IMG/VR virus record: IMGVR_UViG_3300044742_000149
Span: 4,005 to 68,004 of that record
Origin: a virus
Length of the DNA stretch: 64,000 nucleotides
Reading direction: 5' to 3' (one strand)
Each line of letters begins with the position of its first letter. The first letter of the stretch is position 1. Made by a program: the position numbers and the translations under genes. Below are positions 46,732-56,023 of the stretch, one piece after another. Below the pieces are notes generated by a model that did not search any database, was not told the origin of the DNA, and worked only from the letters and a program-made list of their open reading frames with translations.

Positions 46732-47316
46732 ATGTCAGACGATCCAGCAGCCAGCGTGATGGCCGTAAAACCCGAAACATTCCTCGGCCACTGGCGCGAC
46801 ATGCGCGACGCCAAAGATGAGGCGGGCACTGCCGCGACGGAGGTCGCGCGACGGAAAAAGGCGGCGAAACGGGCCGGCGTGGATCTGGACGTGGTCAAGC
46901 TGGTCGAGAAACTCAGTGACCTGGAAGACGACGAGCGTCAGGCGTTCCTCTCCAAGGTCGAGACATATTGCGGCTGGCTGAAGCTGCCGCTCGGCGCGTT
47001 CTCGGCGGGGATCGTTATCGAGGAGCCGAAAGAATCATCGCGCGAAGCCTTCAACCGATGGGAGGCCGGTCAGGATGGACACGAGGCCGGGCTCAACGGC
47101 TCACCGAAAGAAGCCAACCCGCATCGTAACGGGTCGCCGGAAGCCCAAGAGTGGGCGAAGAAGTGGAAGATCGGCTTCGACGCCAACCAGCGAAAGATCG
47201 CGGCGAAGTTGGCGAAGGGTACCGGCGCTCCGAGGAAAGGGGCGAACAAACCGAACGCCGCGGTGAGCGGCAAGATGGCCGCGGCTGGCGAAGGGCTGAC
47301 ATCCACGATCAACTAA
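46732..47316 (+). CDS. GapR/DUF2312-like domain fused to an Rmf-like motif
   Basis: K.AK..G.D..V.K.V..L......ER......E.Y...L, then G..AG..G.....NP...GSP..Q.W...W..G. Confidence 0.6.
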   Translation: MSDDPAASVMAVKPETFLGHWRDMRDAKDEAGTAATEVARRKKAAKRAGVDLDVVKLVEKLSDLEDDERQAFLSKVETYCGWLKLPLGAFSAGIVIEEPKESSREAFNRWEAGQDGHEAGLNGSPKEANPHRNGSPEAQEWAKKWKIGFDANQRKIAAKLAKGTGAPRKGANKPNAAVSGKMAAAGEGLTSTIN

Positions 47317-47329
47317 ATGGGGTGCCGTC

Positions 47330-47770
47330 GTGGGGCACCCCGCGTTTCAGCTCGATGAATGGGTCGTACCCGAAGTCGACCTACAGGCTGCTGGCGCACA
47401 GGCATTCGATCGCCTGTTGCGTCCACCAGCCATGTGGACGGCCATCGCGCTCGGGCACATCGAACTAACCGGGCAGCAAGCAGCACGGCTCTCTCGCATC
47501 GGGCTCAAACGATCGTGGCCCGACCACCTGGTCATTTGGCCTGGGAATGTCGTCGGCATTGAGTGGAAGACCGGCGACGGCAAGCTATCGATCTCGCGCA
47601 TGGTTCACTCGAAACGCGGCAAGCCTCGTTGGGTGGAGGGCCAGCGCGAAACATTTCCGAAACTCAAAGCGGCGGGGATGCGGATCTACGTCTGCATCAG
47701 CGTCGGCCATGCGCTGCGCATTCTGAAGGCGCTCGAATGTCCAATGGTGAAGTGGGAGATCACCGCATGA
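47330..47770 (+). CDS. VRR-NUC-like nuclease (possible Holliday junction resolvase)
   Basis: G.K..WPD.L.......GIEWKT..GKLS...Q. Confidence 0.75.
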   Translation: MGHPAFQLDEWVVPEVDLQAAGAQAFDRLLRPPAMWTAIALGHIELTGQQAARLSRIGLKRSWPDHLVIWPGNVVGIEWKTGDGKLSISRMVHSKRGKPRWVEGQRETFPKLKAAGMRIYVCISVGHALRILKALECPMVKWEITA

Positions 47771-48432
47771 CAACTCCCAGCTTCGCCATGGCACGCGGGT
47801 TTTCTTTCAAAGTCCTCCACACCGAGGACGGCACCCGCAAAGTCGCGCGATTTATTTGTTCCACGTGCGGCGATTGCCTCGACATCACGAACGGAAGTGG
47901 CGGCAAGGCCGCTGAATTCTTCGTTGCTCGCGCGGACCGTATGGGTTGGGCCGCGGACGCCCGCAAGCGATCGAAATGCTACTGCCCCCGCTGCCTGGGG
48001 GACATGAAAGCAAAACAATTCGCTCCGGAACGATCTCCGCCGCAGACCTCATTGCCGCTTGGGCCGGTCGTGATCTCACCACCACCGTCTGTCATCGACG
48101 ACCAACCGAAGCAGAAGGAAGCAGTGACAGTGCAGACAGCTATCAAACCCCGCGAGCCCACTGCCGAAGAACGGATGCGCATCAGAGGCTTTTTCGACAA
48201 GTGTTTCGATGACGCACAAGGCGTCTATCTCGACGATATGTCCGATCAAAAGATCGGCGAGGAAATCAACGTGCCCTGGTCGCTCGTCACGCGCATTCGC
48301 GAGATGGCGTACGGACCTATCCGCTCCGATCCGGAACTCGCGGCGCTGAAGACACGGCAAGCCGCACTGCAAACGCAGATGGATCAACTCAAAGCCGACA
48401 TCGAGGCATTCGGAAAGAGGCGGGCGGCGTAA
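47767..48432 (+). CDS. Zn-finger plus HTH-like hypothetical protein
   Basis: CSTCG, CPRC; Y....SDQ.I.....VP...V...RE..YG. Confidence 0.65.
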   Translation: MTTPSFAMARGFSFKVLHTEDGTRKVARFICSTCGDCLDITNGSGGKAAEFFVARADRMGWAADARKRSKCYCPRCLGDMKAKQFAPERSPPQTSLPLGPVVISPPPSVIDDQPKQKEAVTVQTAIKPREPTAEERMRIRGFFDKCFDDAQGVYLDDMSDQKIGEEINVPWSLVTRIREMAYGPIRSDPELAALKTRQAALQTQMDQLKADIEAFGKRRAA

Positions 48433-48472
48433 TGGCGCTCAACTGTCCAATGTTGAACTGGGAGATAACGGC

Positions 48473-48748
48473 GTGAAGATTGCGAAAGCCCAATCAGCGC
48501 CTCCAACCTGCAAGATCGTAGGAAGAAACGCTCGCACGAAACGTGAACGTCTCATAGAGCAATATCTTTCCTGGCCGACTGGTGATGGTGGCTATCCGCC
48601 GCAATTCCTCTTCGTTGGGTCAGACATCATCGTTGCTGACGTCGACCACGACGGTGGTGCGGAGTTGACCATCGTCACCATCGACGAGTTTGCCTCCGAT
48701 CATGACTGGATCTTCGAGGATGACTGGAAGCCGTACCATGAGCGGTGA
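48473..48748 (+). CDS. Hypothetical protein
   Basis: GTG start with GGAG RBS. Confidence 0.45.
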   Translation: MKIAKAQSAPPTCKIVGRNARTKRERLIEQYLSWPTGDGGYPPQFLFVGSDIIVADVDHDGGAELTIVTIDEFASDHDWIFEDDWKPYHER

Positions 48749-49334
48749 GCTGGTTCGTTACGATGCGATGTGTCATGCGATCGCGGCGGCGTACCAGATC
48801 GATGAGGTCAAGGACATCCGCGACAAGGCCATCGCGCTGGAAGTGTACGCCAGACAGGCACGCAACACGGAAGCGGAACGGCAGGCGTGCGAGATCAGAC
48901 TGCGAGCTGAACGTAAGGCGGGACAGCTAACCGCGAAACTTCCAACGGCACGAGGCGAGCGGACGGATTTAACTTCATCGCATGGCGCGACGAAGTTCGA
49001 TGCATTGGCGGAAGCTGGGATCAGTCCTGATCAGGCGTCCAAATGGGAAAGGCTCGGTGGCATTCCCGACGATGTGTTTGAAACCGCGTTGCACGACGGG
49101 AAGCCAACTACGAACGGCATCATCTCCGCATACGCGCCGTCCCCCGAACGCGACGCGCTCAAAACCAAGGCGCTCTGGCTGTGGGGCCGCCTGCAAGACT
49201 TCGAGCGCGAAGGACTGCTCGAAGAACGCCCCGCCGATCTGCTCGCGGTGATGTCCGATCACATGCGAGCAACAACGCTGGCGTTATCACCACGGGTAAT
49301 AGAATGGTTGGGAGGGTTAAACGATGACGGCTGA
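48738..49334 (+). CDS. Hypothetical protein (helical N-terminus plus HTH-like segment)
   Basis: LVRYDA.C.AIA....DEVKDIRDKA.AL..YA.QA...E.RLRAER.AG; L..AGIS..Q.S.W..L. Confidence 0.65.
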   Translation: MSGELVRYDAMCHAIAAAYQIDEVKDIRDKAIALEVYARQARNTEAERQACEIRLRAERKAGQLTAKLPTARGERTDLTSSHGATKFDALAEAGISPDQASKWERLGGIPDDVFETALHDGKPTTNGIISAYAPSPERDALKTKALWLWGRLQDFEREGLLEERPADLLAVMSDHMRATTLALSPRVIEWLGGLNDDG

Positions 49335-49770
49335 GGAACTGCTTTATGCGGCTGTGCAGAAGGTCATCGATGACTATTCCCATGTGGGTGAGGTTAGCCC
49401 GTCGTGGGTCGCCACACAGGTCATGCGCGATATACATTTCGCGCGAGAGCTACACGAGTTGGGCTATGTCGGCTGTCACCTTGAGGTCCGGCAAATAGCG
49501 CGACACAAGCTGCGGAAGCAGCACGATCCAAACGTCCGTATTGACGACGTAATCAAAGATGAGCAGCAGGAGATGTTTCCTGAAACACTTCAGGACCGTT
49601 ATCCGCGGAGGCAGAAGCCGGGAGAAGAACCGATCTATGCCCTGCGACATCTACTGACTCATGACGACGTTCAGTTCAATACTGACCGGATGCGCCGCGG
49701 TGGACGAGCTTTGTTGAAACACGCTGACGCGCTCGACGAGTGGGATCTGTCCAGGCGGGGGGCGGCATGA
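49324..49770 (+). CDS. Hypothetical protein
   Basis: RBS GGGAGG; LQ.RYP, HADAL. Confidence 0.65.
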   Translation: MTAEELLYAAVQKVIDDYSHVGEVSPSWVATQVMRDIHFARELHELGYVGCHLEVRQIARHKLRKQHDPNVRIDDVIKDEQQEMFPETLQDRYPRRQKPGEEPIYALRHLLTHDDVQFNTDRMRRGGRALLKHADALDEWDLSRRGAA

Positions 49771-49958
49771 CCGATCCCCCGATCCGCATCCTCACCGCCG
49801 AAGAATGGGACGAGATGATGCTGGCGCCGCTGCGCGAGTATTGGCGGCTGCAATCTCTCGCGTACCAGCGGAATTCCCTCGGGCTGACCTGCCTGGGCGG
49901 CGATCCATACCCGACCGGCGATTGGTCGACGATAGCCAGGAAGGACGACGCGCCATGA
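49767..49958 (+). CDS. Hypothetical protein
   Basis: ATGA coupled on both sides. Confidence 0.5.
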   Translation: MTDPPIRILTAEEWDEMMLAPLREYWRLQSLAYQRNSLGLTCLGGDPYPTGDWSTIARKDDAP

Positions 49959-50221
49959 CCGTGTACCGAGCAGACGGAACCGAACTGCTGCACCCCGCGG
50001 ACTGGCCATACGAACGCGCCGAGCATCCGATGCCCGAAGTCCCCAAGCTGACGTTCACCCGCGATCGCGATCACCTCGTCATCTACGCGGCCGGCGATGG
50101 CGTCACGTTGGATCGCAACACCATCCGCGCGATCGGCATCATGATGGTCAATCTGGCAAACGACATCGAGGCTGAGGACAGCCGAAACCATTCACAAGCC
50201 ACGAAACCCTCTGACCAATAG
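49955..50221 (+). CDS. Hypothetical protein
   Basis: ATGA coupled. Confidence 0.5.
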   Translation: MTVYRADGTELLHPADWPYERAEHPMPEVPKLTFTRDRDHLVIYAAGDGVTLDRNTIRAIGIMMVNLANDIEAEDSRNHSQATKPSDQ

Positions 50222-50232
50222 GACTAGGCGTT

Positions 50233-51012
50233 ATGGCCGCGTTCGATCATTGGCTTCCGTTGCATGTCGGGGATTATCTCGCTGACACGATGCACCTCAG
50301 CACGTTGCAGCATGGCATCTACATCCGCCTGATCATGCACTATTGGAAACGACGCGGCCTGCCCGCCGACGAGCGGTCGCTTGCCCAGATCGCCGGGATA
50401 CCGACGCTCAAGTTCCGGGTCCATGGAGGGCCGGTGATGGCGCTGTTTACCCCGGTCGGCGTCGGATCTGAGTCAAAACTCCTGGGGACTTTGAATAAAA
50501 AAGTAGACACGAACGACGGGGTATCTGGCGAGTCAAAACCCCATGGGGTTAATGGTGTCGACCATGTTACGGTTCCCGACATGGCGCCGACCCTGTCTCA
50601 CAAGCGCCTCGATGCCGAATTGGCCCGTGCCGTGGGCATTTTCGAGCACCGCAAGGACGTCGCTACCCGCTCAGCGGCAGCACGCCGAGGTGGCAAAACC
50701 AACGGTCACAAGAGTGAGCATTTGCTCAACGGAAAAGCAGTCGAATCCCCGACTCCCGCGCCTCAGCGCGCACGCGACTCTACCACCACAACCTCTGAAG
50801 AGTCCCCCCTAACGCCCCCCCAGGGGGGCAAGCGCGAGCGTGGAATTTCAAAACCTCGACCAACAAAACCAGAGCCCGTCACTTTCCGGTGCGGGTTTGG
50901 CGCAAGCGCCGTCAGCGACATGCAGGAGGCAGTCGACTATGCCGAACCAAGCAACCCACCTACCGGTCGTCCGCAACTGGTGTCAGTCGCTGGGCGTCTT
51001 GTCAGCGGTTAG
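50233..51012 (+). CDS. YdaU/DUF1376 family replication initiator
   Basis: W.PL.VGDYLADT.HLS...HG.Y..L.M.YW...GLP.D...LA.I; HKR.D.EL. Confidence 0.88.
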   Translation: MAAFDHWLPLHVGDYLADTMHLSTLQHGIYIRLIMHYWKRRGLPADERSLAQIAGIPTLKFRVHGGPVMALFTPVGVGSESKLLGTLNKKVDTNDGVSGESKPHGVNGVDHVTVPDMAPTLSHKRLDAELARAVGIFEHRKDVATRSAAARRGGKTNGHKSEHLLNGKAVESPTPAPQRARDSTTTTSEESPLTPPQGGKRERGISKPRPTKPEPVTFRCGFGASAVSDMQEAVDYAEPSNPPTGRPQLVSVAGRLVSG

Positions 51013-51427
51013 CATTTCTCGCGCCGAGGCCGAAATGAAGCTGGCGGCGTTCGTTCCGCTGCTCATGCGGGAGTTCCCCGACGGCGCGTTCACGGCTGAT
51101 TCGTTGAGCCATTGCGCCAAGGCAGCGATCAAGGGGTTCCCGACCTATGGCGAGCTGGTGCACTCGCTCAGCGAATGGTGGCGCGAGCATCAGCCGGTGC
51201 GGCCGGCGTTGCCACCACCGGAGCCGCTGCCGTTTCACGTTCCGACACCGGAAGAACTCGCCCACATCCGCGCCTGCGTCGAGGAAGTGACTGCCAGGGT
51301 CAGCGCCCACGCCGACGAGGCCGCGGCCGCGTCCCGTTTCGGCGCGCGGCATCTCTCGCCCGGCGTGCTCGATCAGATCAACCCGCTGCCGAATGGGCGC
51401 AAGCGCGTCATGGACGGCGTGTCGTGA
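50939..51427 (+). CDS. Replication accessory (helicase loader/P-like) protein, putative
   Basis: Follows initiator; FP..AFT..SL...A....FPT..EL. Confidence 0.5.
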   Translation: MPNQATHLPVVRNWCQSLGVLSAVSISRAEAEMKLAAFVPLLMREFPDGAFTADSLSHCAKAAIKGFPTYGELVHSLSEWWREHQPVRPALPPPEPLPFHVPTPEELAHIRACVEEVTARVSAHADEAAAASRFGARHLSPGVLDQINPLPNGRKRVMDGVS

Positions 51428-51603
51428 GCATCGATTACGACCACGCCACGATGAACTTGTTGATCAGCCTGCGCGGTGGCTTGCCCGACGCGTGCGACTT
51501 CTGCGGCCAGCCGTTCACCGATCAGCGTTGGCCGGTGCCCGAAGAAGCGGGCGAGTGGGCATGCAGCGAATGCGAGGCACGTTGGGCGAAGGAGGTGAAA
51601 TGA
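51424..51603 (+). CDS. Small Zn-finger protein
   Basis: CDFC...CSEC; GTGA coupling. Confidence 0.55.
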   Translation: MSIDYDHATMNLLISLRGGLPDACDFCGQPFTDQRWPVPEEAGEWACSECEARWAKEVK

Positions 51604-52163
51604 CAACGCTGGCAGAGGCCCCGAATGATCGGCTGGTGATGTATCTCCAGGTCCGTTTCGACCTCAACACGCTGATCGAAACCGGGACCTTCGAGGGCAC
51701 GAGCACGGTCTGGGCGGCTGAGCGGTTCCGCGAGGTTCTCACGATCGACATTCGTCGGGACTTCCTCGATCAGGCCCAAACCGCCTGTTCGGATCATCAA
51801 AACGTCCTGTTCATGGTTGGCGATACGCGGTTCTGGCTGCGCAACCTCGTCCCGACGCAGGAGGTGCCAGTGATGTTCTGGCTCGATGCGCACTCCGCCC
51901 CAGGGATGTTCGGGGATCACGACGACTGGCCGGTGCTGGACGAACTGGCGATCATCACCCAGTCGCCGTCGCGCCATTTCATTCTGATCGACGACGCGCA
52001 TTGTTTTCTCGCCGGAACGCCATTCCCGGCTTGCCCGAAGTTCGACGAGGTTTTCGATTTCGCGACCGACAACGGCTATGCGACCCGGATCATCGGCGAC
52101 GTGATCGTGCTGGTGCCGCAGGCCTCGGTCGGAGCCCTCGACGAGTTCGAGGCCGCGGCATGA
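51600..52163 (+). CDS. Class I SAM-dependent methyltransferase-like protein
   Basis: LIETGT..G.ST, V.TID, GD.., FWLDAH, ILIDDA. Confidence 0.78.
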   Translation: MTTLAEAPNDRLVMYLQVRFDLNTLIETGTFEGTSTVWAAERFREVLTIDIRRDFLDQAQTACSDHQNVLFMVGDTRFWLRNLVPTQEVPVMFWLDAHSAPGMFGDHDDWPVLDELAIITQSPSRHFILIDDAHCFLAGTPFPACPKFDEVFDFATDNGYATRIIGDVIVLVPQASVGALDEFEAAA

Positions 52164-53110
52164 CGACGATCACGCTCCGCGCCCGCCAACTCGACCAGCC
52201 GCTCGCTGTAGGCGATCTCGTGCGCAGAGCGGCGCCGGGGGCGGTCTACCGCGTCGTGTCGCTCACCAGAGTCCGCGTTTCCGGCGAGGTCGGCAAAGAT
52301 CACTTTCGGTTGATCCTGGAACGACTTCAGGAGCAACTTACCCCCCCCGGGGCCGAGGTCCGGCCGTGGCCCCGCGACCGGACCGCGCCACGACAGAGGC
52401 GTTCCGTTTGTTCAGGAGCAACGACCGACCCTGGCCCCCCAGAGCCCGCGACCGCCCGGCTCGCGCGCATTCGGGCGAAAGCGCCGCTGATGCTCGACAT
52501 GGCGCTCGAAGCGATCCGAAAGGGCCGCGTCACGGATCATCTGGCCCAACTCGCCAGAGTGGCGCGCGTCGGCCGGGACGACGGGGTTCGCGAGGGAAGG
52601 GACTACGGGCCGGGGATACGGCTGCGACCGGTGCGAGGGCGGCGACAGTCCGGCGTTCTGCGCGAAGCGGACGTCGAGGTCGTCACCGGAGCCGATCCCA
52701 CCAAACCCAACATCAACGTCTCTCGTGCGCGGCGCTGCGATCCGCTGGTCAAACTGCAGAAAGCCGGGACGATCGGCGGGCGGCACGTCGACGCGGCGGA
52801 GATGCTCCGTGAGCAGATGGAGGCGTCCGAGGCGGGGGTCTGCGCGGGCGACCTGTCGTCGGTGCATTTGCCGGCCCACCAGCGCGCCAACATCACAGAC
52901 AGGCAAATCCTGGCCCTGGGGAGGGCCAGGGAGGCCCTGGGGGCTGTCGCCGCACCCAACAGGCCATCCGTGCTCTGGACCGTCTCAGGGGGCAACGTGG
53001 CGGGCTACGCGGCCTATGTCGGAATGCGCCACACGACCGCGGCGAGCCGTCTCCTGACCGGGCTCGAGGAACTGGCCGACCACTATCGCCTGCCGGGAGG
53101 GGGCAACTGA
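52160..53110 (+). CDS. Hypothetical protein with DUF6456-like C-terminus (possible late regulator)
   Basis: DPL..L...G.I......AAE.LR; C-terminal HTH-like L..GL..LA.HY. Confidence 0.55.
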   Translation: MTTITLRARQLDQPLAVGDLVRRAAPGAVYRVVSLTRVRVSGEVGKDHFRLILERLQEQLTPPGAEVRPWPRDRTAPRQRRSVCSGATTDPGPPEPATARLARIRAKAPLMLDMALEAIRKGRVTDHLAQLARVARVGRDDGVREGRDYGPGIRLRPVRGRRQSGVLREADVEVVTGADPTKPNINVSRARRCDPLVKLQKAGTIGGRHVDAAEMLREQMEASEAGVCAGDLSSVHLPAHQRANITDRQILALGRAREALGAVAAPNRPSVLWTVSGGNVAGYAAYVGMRHTTAASRLLTGLEELADHYRLPGGGN

Positions 53111-53718
53111 TGGCCAAAGCAGCCGCCAAGGCAAAGCCGGAGAACGGCGAACTCACCGAGGACATCTTCGACATCGAAGCCCTGGTCGAGAACCCGCGCA
53201 ACCCCAACCAGCACCCGGAGGAGCAGATCGTCCGCCTGATGGCGAGCCTGCGGGTCAACGGCCTCTACAAGCCGGTGCTGGCGCGGCGAGCGAACCGAAT
53301 GTTGATCGCCGGTCACGGTATCCGTCAGGCCGCGATGCGGCTCGGCTGGACGACGATACGGGTCGCGTTCTGGGACGTGGATCAGGTGACGGCCGATCGG
53401 ACCATGCTCGGCGACAATCGGCTCGGGGAGTTGTCCAGGCCGAACCAGGATCGCGTGGCTGAACTGCTGCGCGAGATCCCCGAGGACGACTGGCTGAGCG
53501 TCGGCTTCTCCGACGACGAGGCCGCGAAGCTGATGTCCGATCTGCGCGACGGCGAGATCCAGGTCTACGAGGTGGACGCCGGCATCGTGCATGACACGTT
53601 CTGGATCAATGTTCGCGGGCCGCTGCCGAAGCAGGCGGATGTCTTGCAGCACATGAAAACGCTACTCGGTCAATACCGCGACGTTACGATCGAGATCGGT
53701 CTGACGGAGCAACCGTGA
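53110..53718 (+). CDS. ParB/Srx-like N-terminal domain protein
   Basis: NPRNPN.HP.EQI..L..SL...G...PV......LIAGHG...AA..LG, DNRL.ELS, GF...E. Confidence 0.88.
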   Translation: MAKAAAKAKPENGELTEDIFDIEALVENPRNPNQHPEEQIVRLMASLRVNGLYKPVLARRANRMLIAGHGIRQAAMRLGWTTIRVAFWDVDQVTADRTMLGDNRLGELSRPNQDRVAELLREIPEDDWLSVGFSDDEAAKLMSDLRDGEIQVYEVDAGIVHDTFWINVRGPLPKQADVLQHMKTLLGQYRDVTIEIGLTEQP

Positions 53719-53719
53719 G

Positions 53720-54397
53720 ATGGTCAAACGTCTTCGCGAGAAACTACAGCACGTCAAGAAGCGCAACAGCACGCCGGCCGCCGTGCGCGCCAAGGCGAAG
53801 ATCCGACAGTCGATCCTCGACAAGATCGGCGCGGAGAACGCTCACGTCTTCGACGCTTATTGCGGCGATGGTCAGCTCTATCGGGCGGTGTGGCACAAGG
53901 CGGCGACCTGTGTCGGATGCGACATGGAATTCTATCCCGACGAGCGGATCGCGTTCAAAGCCGACAACCGCCGCGTGATGCGGGCGATCGACCTGCAACA
54001 ATTCAACATATTCGACATGGATTCCTATGGCTCGCCGTGGGAGCAGCTTTACATCCTGGCTTACCGCCGGCGGATGAAACCCGGGGAACTCGTGGCGATC
54101 GTGCTGACCGAGGGCCAGGGAATGAAACTCAAGCTGGGCGGCATGTCACTGCCGTTGTCCCGGCTCGCGGGCGTCCGTCACTGGCTGCCCGGTCTCCCGA
54201 AATTTCAAAAGGAACTCATCGACCGGGCATTGCTGCGGGTGGCGAAGATGATGAACGCCACTCCAATCTACCGCGAGGAAGGTAATGAAGCCCAGGGCTC
54301 GACGATGAACTATGTCGGCGTGATCATGCGCGGGAATGATCCGGTGGAGGTTCCCAGCGGGCAGCCTGAGGCGACTGCCCAACTGGTCGCGGCTTAA
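53720..54397 (+). CDS. SAM-dependent methyltransferase-like protein (TcmP/Trm1-like motifs)
   Basis: VFDAYCGDG (motif I), GCD, DN, FNIFDMDSYGSPW. Confidence 0.68.
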   Translation: MVKRLREKLQHVKKRNSTPAAVRAKAKIRQSILDKIGAENAHVFDAYCGDGQLYRAVWHKAATCVGCDMEFYPDERIAFKADNRRVMRAIDLQQFNIFDMDSYGSPWEQLYILAYRRRMKPGELVAIVLTEGQGMKLKLGGMSLPLSRLAGVRHWLPGLPKFQKELIDRALLRVAKMMNATPIYREEGNEAQGSTMNYVGVIMRGNDPVEVPSGQPEATAQLVAA

Positions 54398-54612
54398 ATC
54401 CACTTAAAGCCGTGTGCCATGACGCCGAGTAGCGTGGCGAAGCCGGTAATTCCTCCACCCACCACCAGGCCAAGCAAGCTGATGATCCAGCGGAAGTCCG
54501 TCACCTGACGCGCGGCGATACGTTCGATCGACCGTTCCAGGCGGAGAATGCTTGCTTCGGTGCCGCGCGCGATCTGTTCCAGCACGGCGACCCGTGTTTC
54601 AATATCGTCCAT
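54394..54612 (-). CDS. Small coiled-coil plus TM membrane protein
   Basis: E.RV..LE coiled coil; DFRWI...hydrophobic...MAHGFKWI. Confidence 0.7.
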   Translation of the reverse strand: MDDIETRVAVLEQIARGTEASILRLERSIERIAARQVTDFRWIISLLGLVVGGGITGFATLLGVMAHGFKWI

Positions 54613-54646
54613 GTCGATTGCTCCTTTCCCGAGCATGAGAGGGGTT

Positions 54647-54684
54647 GCCGACCAGGGATCTCCACGGCCCCTGGTCGGCTTTTT
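54647..54684 (+). terminator. Intrinsic terminator
   Basis: GCCGACCAGGG/CCCTGGTCGGC stem followed by TTTTT. Confidence 0.75.
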
Positions 54685-54687
54685 CCG

Positions 54688-54891
54688 TCAGGCGTCTTTG
54701 TCGAACAGGTCCAGGGCGTCGAGCACCGCCGCCTCGGCATACTGGCGGGGGACGCTCAACGTCAGGGCCATAATCCCACCGATGGTTGAGTTGCCGAGCG
54801 GCGCTCCCTGGCGAGCGTCGTCAACGAAGTCTGGATCGGAGGTCTTCATCAACTCCAGCGCGTGCCGGACCAGCCTGCAATGATCGCTCAT
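54688..54891 (-). CDS. Hypothetical protein
   Basis: ATG just after upstream stop; RBS GAGG. Confidence 0.5.
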   Translation of the reverse strand: MSDHCRLVRHALELMKTSDPDFVDDARQGAPLGNSTIGGIMALTLSVPRQYAEAAVLDALDLFDKDA

Positions 54892-54893
54892 GG

Positions 54894-55208
54894 TCAGCCC
54901 TCTTCCGGCTCGCCGAAGACCTCGGCGTAGAGGGCGGGGCGACCGTGGTGTTCGACCATGGAACGCGCGTCGGACTCGTCCACCAGACGGAGGCCGTCGC
55001 CGCCTGACCAACTGCCTTGCCCGGTGCTCACGGCCCACCGAGAGCGAGGCCCGCCGTGACCGGAGATGAAGAACTGACCCTTGCGAGTGCGATACAACCG
55101 CGTCTCGTCGTAGTTAAACTTTCCCCGGTCGGAGATATTCCCGCTGACGTTGCATATTTCCTCGGCTGTCTCGGTGTCGTAGACTTTGCCGTCAATGACT
55201 TTACGCAT
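54894..55208 (-). CDS. Conserved phage hypothetical protein
   Basis: MRK.IDGK.YDTETA...E..LYRT.KG.FF..G.GG..S.W; RBS AAGGAG. Confidence 0.75.
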   Translation of the reverse strand: MRKVIDGKVYDTETAEEICNVSGNISDRGKFNYDETRLYRTRKGQFFISGHGGPRSRWAVSTGQGSWSGGDGLRLVDESDARSMVEHHGRPALYAEVFGEPEEG

Positions 55209-55241
55209 GTTGGTTGCTCCTTTCACGAGCAATGAGACTTT

Positions 55242-55278
55242 CCGGCCGGGAAGGGGCAACCTCCCGGCCGGTTTCTTT
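55242..55278 (+). terminator. Intrinsic terminator
   Basis: CCGGCCGGGA/TCCCGGCCGG stem followed by TTTCTTT. Confidence 0.68.
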
Positions 55279-55279
55279 A

Positions 55280-55960
55280 TCAGGCGAACGGTAGAAGCTG
55301 CACAGCCCGCAGCTTCGGCGGCATCGTGATCGGATCGACCGGACCCGCCTCGACGATCCGGCGCAGCCATTCGTTCTCGGCCAGCGCCTTGGTGGCGTCC
55401 TCTATTCCCTCGGCGAAAACGTGAAACAGGCTGAACTTCTTCTGCCGCGAGATCGTTTCCAGTTCGTCGCGGATCATCTGGCGCAGGTTCACGTCGCCAC
55501 GGCTCGGGTGGAGGTAGAGGCTTTGAAAGCCCTGGGCATTGATCCACTGCTCGGCCGGATCGCACATCCGCAGGCTCCCGCTGAGGTCCAGGAAGCCGGC
55601 CCATGTCACCAGCACCGGCACGTAGCCGATCCACTCGACCCATGAACCAGGGCGCGCGAGGCTCGGGACGGTGCCGCCGGGACGCGCGAGGCCGGCGAAA
55701 AACAAATCGACAGCTTCCAGGTTCATCTCGTCTTCGATCAGGACATCCATGCGCCGGACGATGGCGTCCATTTCCTCGCGCTCCTTCGCCAGCGGGCCGT
55801 TACCCCACCGCCAGTTCAGGACTTTCAACGTCGGCAGCAGCTCGTCGACGCGATCGAGCAACTCGCCCATCTCGGCGATCAGGCTCTCGCGTGTGTCAGC
55901 GGTTTTCGGCTTCTTCGTCCGCTTTGGTCGCGGCTTTGGGTTTATCGCGGCTTTCGCCAT
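55280..55960 (-). CDS. Hypothetical protein
   Basis: RBS GGAG; 226 aa. Confidence 0.65.
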   Translation of the reverse strand: MAKAAINPKPRPKRTKKPKTADTRESLIAEMGELLDRVDELLPTLKVLNWRWGNGPLAKEREEMDAIVRRMDVLIEDEMNLEAVDLFFAGLARPGGTVPSLARPGSWVEWIGYVPVLVTWAGFLDLSGSLRMCDPAEQWINAQGFQSLYLHPSRGDVNLRQMIRDELETISRQKKFSLFHVFAEGIEDATKALAENEWLRRIVEAGPVDPITMPPKLRAVQLLPFA

Positions 55961-56023
55961 TTTAGGTCTCCAATTGGATTCAGCCCGACGAATGTCGGAA
56001 CCGTCCGCGAACTGGCGCGGAGA

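Noticed and set aside
53110-53718. ParABS partition system
   Set aside because: Only a ParB/Srx N-terminal domain of the type that accompanies methyltransferases; no HTH and no adjacent ParA
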